This document shows, one piece after another, positions 27,483 through 32,000 of a stretch of DNA of 32,000 bases (position 1 is the first letter of the stretch; each line of letters opens with the position of its first letter). The translations under genes were made by a program, and so were the position numbers. Below the pieces are notes generated by a model that had not been told where the DNA came from, did no database searches, and saw nothing but the letters and a program-made list of their open reading frames with translations. The stretch comes from Geobacter sulfurreducens PCA (GTDB lineage: Bacteria > Desulfobacterota > Desulfuromonadia > Geobacterales > Geobacteraceae): the NCBI RefSeq assembly GCF_000007985.2, contig NC_002939.5:1950001-1982000 (forward strand). The letters run 5' to 3'.

Positions 27483-28265
27483 TCATTCCGGAATAAGAAT
27501 TGCTCCCTTTCCGAGCATTTCGGCAAGGTTGCTTGCGGCCGGCTGGTCCAGCTTCCGGCCAACCCTAACGCGGTACCAGGTACCTTTGCCGGGAATGGTC
27601 GATTCGGTGACGTAGGCCGAAAACCCCTTTTCAGCCAGCTTGGCCCTGATTGCATCAGCGTCTTTGCGTTCCTTGGAAGAGGCGACCTGGACAGAATAGG
27701 TTTCCTTCGCCGCGGATGCAGACTGAGAAGGCTGAACCTTAACTGCAGGGGCGGCATTCTTTACTGAGGCACCCGCAGCGGTTGACGGCTCGTCACTTCG
27801 CCGCGCCTCCACGCCCTTTGCTTCGGGAAGATTGGCAGTGGGCTTCTGGGCTCCTCCCCCCTGCTCCTTAACCGCAGGGGGTACAGCGGGACTCTTGGGC
27901 GCCGACTCATCTTTTCTAAGATTGATGCCGCTTCCCAGAATGGCCTTTCCTCCCTTGGGCAGTGTCTCGTAGAACGTAAGCGAAGGCTCTCCCGCAGGGC
28001 GAGGAGGAGTGGGAACCACAGGAGGGTTTCCTTCACCGGGCTGAGCTTGAGTAGCGGACGCCTTCGGTGTAATCGCATTCTGAGGAGGTGCCGACAACGC
28101 TTCTTTCTGCCCTCCCCGAGGGGGGAGAAGAAAGCGATCGACCAGCACTCCGAGCGCAAAGGAGATCAGTGCCACGAGCAGGAAGGCACACGCAAGGAGC
28201 CCAATCGGCTTTGATTTGGGACGGTTCTTACTGACCGTCTTTCGTTCGCGATAATCCAGAACCAT
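27483..28265 (-). CDS. SPOR-domain peptidoglycan-binding protein (membrane anchor, Pro-rich linker, C-terminal SPOR)
   Basis: 260-aa ORF with one TM helix (IGLLACAFLLVALISFALGVLV) and a low-complexity P/A/K-rich linker. The C-terminus YSVQVASSKERKDADAIRAKLAEKGFSAYV...WYRVRVG is a typical SPOR fold signature. Confidence 0.85.
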   Translation of the reverse strand: MVLDYRERKTVSKNRPKSKPIGLLACAFLLVALISFALGVLVDRFLLPPRGGQKEALSAPPQNAITPKASATQAQPGEGNPPVVPTPPRPAGEPSLTFYETLPKGGKAILGSGINLRKDESAPKSPAVPPAVKEQGGGAQKPTANLPEAKGVEARRSDEPSTAAGASVKNAAPAVKVQPSQSASAAKETYSVQVASSKERKDADAIRAKLAEKGFSAYVTESTIPGKGTWYRVRVGRKLDQPAASNLAEMLGKGAILIPE

Positions 28266-28279
28266 CTGACCGCGCTCCG

Positions 28280-29986
28280 CTACATCTTCTCGGGAGCAGA
28301 CACACCCAGTAGCCCGAGGCCGTTTCTGATCACGGTTGCCGTGCTGTGCAGCAGAAGCAGGCGCGCACCGGTCAGGTCTGCATCTTCGGTAATGACCCGG
28401 TTCTTGTTATAGAACGAGTGGAAGGCACCGGCAAGTTCCTGCAAGTAGTAGGTGATCCGGTGGGGTTCGAAATTAAGCGCACTTCCTTCCACGATCTCGG
28501 GGAACGAACTCAGCAGCTTCACGAGTGTCAGCTCTTCGGGAGTCCCCAAGCTTTCCAGGCTGGCCTGATCAACGGTTGGCGGGACAACACCCTTGTCGGC
28601 CGCGTTCTCGAAGATGCTGCAGATGCGCGCATGGGCATACTGCACATAGTAAACGGGGTTTTCGAGGGTCTGCTGCTTGGCTAGATCGATATCGAACACC
28701 AACTGGGAATCGGGCTTGCGCATGAGAAAGAAGAACCGCGTGGCGTCACGACCCACCTCGTCGACGAGATCGCGCAGAGTAACATAGCTTCCGGCCCGTT
28801 TGGAGATCTTGACCTCTTCGCCACCACGCATGACCGTGACCATCTGGTGGAGAACGTACTCGGGCCATCCCTTGGGGATCCCCGCGTCAAGGGCCTGGAG
28901 GCCGGCCCTCACCCGGGTGATGGTGCTGTGGTGATCGGCCCCCTGCTCGTTGACGACCCGGATGAATCCCCGTTCCCACTTGTTGAGGTGGTAGGCCACG
29001 TCAGGCACGAAGTAGGTGTAGCTGCCGTCCGACTTGCGCATGACGCGGTCCTTGTCGTCGCCGAACTCGGTGGTCCTCAGCCAGAGAGCGCCGTCCTGCT
29101 CGTAGGCATGGCCCTTGGCAATGATGCGCTGCACCACGTCGTCAACCCGTCCCTCGGCATAGAGGCTCGACTCGAGGAAGTAGACGTCGAATCCCACGTC
29201 GAATGCCCGCAGATCCTGGTCCTGCTCCCGCCGCAGATATGCGACGGCAAAGCGGCGGATCGCCTCCACGTCGTGGGGGTCTCCGGCCGCTGTTACATGC
29301 TGGTCGCCGGCATCAACGGTTTCGCGGTTCAGATAGGAGCGGGCCACGTCCTTTATATACTCACCCTGGTAGCCGTCCGTGGGCCACAAGGGACCTCCCG
29401 GCTCAACACCGAGGCAGCGGGCCTGCACCGACAGCGCCAGGTTGGCGATCTGCTGACCGGCATCGTTGTAGTAGAACTCGCGGGTCACATCCCAGCCGAT
29501 TGCGGCAAGAAGACGACAGATGGTGTCGCCGATGGCAGCGCCGCGACCGTGCCCGATATGCAGAGGCCCGGTGGGATTGGCACTGACGAACTCCACCTGT
29601 ACTTTCTTCCCTGCGCCGGCCTCACTTTTGCCGTAGTCCCCGCCTTCGCGTTCGATTCTGCGAAGTACCCGACACCAGGCACTGGTGCGCATTCTGAAAT
29701 TAATAAAACCGGGGCCGGCAATTTCAACCGACTCGACCAGTGATTCCCGATCGTTCAGGTGAGTAATGATAATCTCGGCAATTGCCCGCGGTGCCTTCTT
29801 TTCCGCCTTCGCCATCAGCATGGCTGCGGTGCACGCGAAATCTCCGTGTTCTTCGAGGGCCGGCTTTTCAACTACAATATCGGGCACGTGGCCCGAGGCG
29901 AGGGTGCCGTCCGCGAAAGAGCGCTCAAGCGCCTCGCGCACCAGATCCCTGACCGCATCTTTCATGGAACCTTCTATCTGACTCAT
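28280..29986 (-). CDS. argS: arginine--tRNA ligase
   Basis: 568-aa ORF with the class I HIGH motif ([14 protein letters not shown]) and the anticodon-binding DALR-type C-terminus. GAGGAG lies 5 nt upstream of the ATG. Confidence 0.95.
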
Positions 29987-30141
29987 TTCGTCTCCTCATT
30001 GGGCTCTTCTTCCACGTCCTTGATGGAGACGTCTCTCGAAAAGTCGGGACAACGGGCTCCGCCATCAGTGACGCAAAACTTTTTGGCGCAATTAGCCCGC
30101 CAGGCGCAGACCGCGCAGGATTGTTTTCGTGTGGTGCTCAT
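29983..30141 (-). CDS. 52-aa cysteine-rich protein, stop overlapping the argS start
   Basis: Below the ORF-track cut-off. Hand translation gives [52 protein letters not shown]. The five Cys follow the pattern C-x2-C-x5-C-x4-C-x7-C. The head is basic and the tail acidic. AGGAG lies 9 nt upstream of the ATG. About 63 percent of third codon positions are G or C. The TGA overlaps the argS ATG (ATGA at 29983-29986). It fills an otherwise unexplained 199-nt gap. Confidence 0.5.
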
Positions 30142-30185
30142 GGGTTGATACTCCTGAACCGGAATCTGATTAAAAGCCGAAGAGC

Positions 30186-30521
30186 CTAACGCTTAGCGCC
30201 AACAGCCGTGGATACCGGCTGCTGTGGCTTGGCTTCGGGTCTATCGGTCGCGGTGGGAAACTGGTACACGATTTCGTTCGGTCTCACGAGGCCGAAATCC
30301 TTGCGTGCGATGCTTTCAAGGTATCGCCTGTCCGATTTGAGTGCCTCGATCTCTCTTTTAAGCTTTTCGTTCTCGTCACGGACGACACCGACCTTTTGGC
30401 GAATTTGATCCCTTTCGTTGCTCAGATGATATATCCGCAACAATCCCCGTTCACCGAACACGGTGAAATACAAGATAAAGAGTATGCACCCGGTCGGGAT
30501 GAGATACATCCGCTTCCGCAT
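30186..30521 (-). CDS. ftsB: cell division protein FtsB (septum formation initiator, DivIC family)
   Basis: 111-aa ORF with an N-terminal TM helix (YLIPTGCILFILYFTVF) and a coiled coil (IRQKVGVVRDENEKLKREIEALKSD). The conserved tail is YLESIARKDFGLVRPNE. GGAGG lies 4 nt upstream of the ATG. Confidence 0.85.
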   Translation of the reverse strand: MRKRMYLIPTGCILFILYFTVFGERGLLRIYHLSNERDQIRQKVGVVRDENEKLKREIEALKSDRRYLESIARKDFGLVRPNEIVYQFPTATDRPEAKPQQPVSTAVGAKR

Positions 30522-30537
30522 GATTTCCTCCGTACTG

Positions 30538-31473
30538 CTATCCGGTCGGGGTCAGGCCGGCAAAGTACTCAATGGTTTTTGCAAGCCCCTCGTCGAGGGA
30601 TACGCGAGGCTCCCAGCCAAGGATCGTTCGGGCCAGGGTGATGTCGGGCTGACGCTGGCGAGGATCGTCGGAAGGGAGCGGCCGATAGATGATCTGCGAG
30701 GACGAACCGGTCATCGCAATGATCCGCCGGGCAAACTCGATAATGGGTGTCTCTTCCGGGTTTCCAAGATTTACGGGCCCGCAGAACTGATCATGCTCCA
30801 TGAGCGTCACGAGCCCGTCCAGCAGGTCGTCCACATAGCAGAAGGAACGGGTCTGGCTGCCGTCGCCGTACACGGTGAGATCTTCTCCCCGGAGGGCCTG
30901 CACCACGAAATTGGAAACCACTCGCCCATCGTGTTCTGCCATCCGCGGGCCATAGGTGTTGAAGATGCGGGCGATCCGGATGTCGACACCATTCTGGCGA
31001 TGGTAGTCCATCAAGAGGGTTTCCGCCACCCGTTTTCCCTCGTCGTAGCAGCTCCGGATGCCGATCGGGTTCACGTTTCCCCAGTAGGATTCGGGCTGGG
31101 GATGAATTGTGGGATCGCCATAGACCTCCGAAGTGGATGCCTGGAGGATGCGCGCCCTGACGCGCTTGGCAAGCCCCAGCATGTTGATGGTTCCCATCAC
31201 GCTGGTCTTGATGGTCTTTACCGGATTGTACTGGTAGTGAACGGGCGAAGCAGGGCACGCCAGATTGTAGATCCGGTCCACTTCCAGCAGGATCGGCTCG
31301 ATGATATCGTGACGGATGACCTCGAAACGATGAAAATCCATCAGCCGATCGATATTGCGTTTCGACCCGGTGAAAAAGTTGTCGAGGCAGAGCACGTCAT
31401 GCCCCTGCTCCAGAAGCCGTTCGCACAGATGAGAACCGATGAATCCGGCGCCGCCGGTTACCAGGATGCGCAT
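30538..31473 (-). CDS. UDP-glucuronate decarboxylase (UDP-xylose synthase, extended SDR)
   Basis: 311-aa ORF with the Rossmann motif GGAGFIGSH and the catalytic YDEGKR. Long stretches are collinear with eukaryotic UXS1 as I recall it ([65 protein letters not shown]). Confidence 0.88.
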   Translation of the reverse strand: MRILVTGGAGFIGSHLCERLLEQGHDVLCLDNFFTGSKRNIDRLMDFHRFEVIRHDIIEPILLEVDRIYNLACPASPVHYQYNPVKTIKTSVMGTINMLGLAKRVRARILQASTSEVYGDPTIHPQPESYWGNVNPIGIRSCYDEGKRVAETLLMDYHRQNGVDIRIARIFNTYGPRMAEHDGRVVSNFVVQALRGEDLTVYGDGSQTRSFCYVDDLLDGLVTLMEHDQFCGPVNLGNPEETPIIEFARRIIAMTGSSSQIIYRPLPSDDPRQRQPDITLARTILGWEPRVSLDEGLAKTIEYFAGLTPTG

Positions 31474-31480
31474 AAGTCGC

Positions 31481-32000
31481 CTACTTTTCCACGAAGCCGG
31501 AGCCGTTGCGGCCGATTCCGTGGTAAATGAAGCCCATTTCTTTCAGGCGGCGCGGATTGTAAAGATTGCGCCCATCAAAGATGACCGGCGTTCTGAGCTG
31601 CTCGGCGATCCGTTCGAAATCGGGGTTGCGATACTCGTTCCACTCGGTAACGATGGCGAGTGCGTCGGCACCGGCAAGGATGTCGTAGGGACTGGAACAG
31701 CTGTAGGCAATGCGATCACCGAAGATTTTTTGCGCCTCCTTGACCGCCTCGGGGTCATGGGCGCGGACCGAGGCTCCCTCCGCCAGCAGCCGCTCGATCA
31801 CGACAATGGAAGGTGCCTCGCGCATGTCATCGGTGCGCGGCTTGAATGACAGGCCCCACACGGCAATGGTCTTGCCGGCGAGGGGACGTGACTCTCCTGC
31901 CCGATCTCCGGAAAAGTGCCGGAGGATCTTCTCGGGGATGAGCATCTTTTGCCGCTCGTTCACCTCTTCAACCGCCTTGAGAAGCATGAAGTCGTAGCCG
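31481..32000 (-). CDS. ugd: UDP-glucose 6-dehydrogenase, C-terminal part (start lies beyond the right edge)
   Basis: The C-terminal UDP-binding domain motif is [18 protein letters not shown], followed by AHDPEA...VTEWNEY...DGRN. The frame stays open to the window edge. Confidence 0.88.
   Translation of the reverse strand, partial: GYDFMLLKAVEEVNERQKMLIPEKILRHFSGDRAGESRPLAGKTIAVWGLSFKPRTDDMREAPSIVVIERLLAEGASVRAHDPEAVKEAQKIFGDRIAYSCSSPYDILAGADALAIVTEWNEYRNPDFERIAEQLRTPVIFDGRNLYNPRRLKEMGFIYHGIGRNGSGFVEK

Overview
This looks like a core-genome segment of a Geobacter-like (Desulfuromonadales) bacterium. That placement is an inference from gene content and order, with no search run. I support 33 protein-coding genes and 9 tRNA genes, and every one of them is on the minus strand.

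Reading the minus strand from high to low coordinates, the order is:
- ugd (partial), UDP-xylose synthase, ftsB, a 52-aa Cys-rich ORF, argS, a SPOR protein
- tRNA-fMet, tRNA-CAU
- tilS, ftsH, folP, cdaA, a short cdaR, glmM, pdxJ, acpS, nnr, a CBS protein, tsaE
- lysC, cimA, comEA
- a 51-aa zinc-ribbon ORF
- a DHH phosphoesterase, rph, rdgB
- tRNA-Pro, Arg, His, Leu
- tig, clpP, clpX, lon
- tRNA-Asp, Val, Asp
- GT2 glycosyltransferase, a 61-aa 2-TM ORF, an NHL-repeat lipoprotein, and two multihaem cytochromes (the last one partial)

Many stop and start codons overlap (ATGA or GTGA), so most genes sit in long translationally chained operons.

I see no transposase, integrase, CRISPR array, toxin-antitoxin pair or recognisable defence system, and I cannot honestly claim a clear novel system here. 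The least housekeeping-like items are:
- the GT2 / microprotein / NHL / cytochrome operon at the left end
- three coding calls absent from the ORF track: two ORFs under 60 aa, and the partial cytochrome at 1-532
- a triple TGGCACA/TGTGCCA half-site element
- several structured intergenic spacers

All calls come from reading motifs by eye. No database search was possible.
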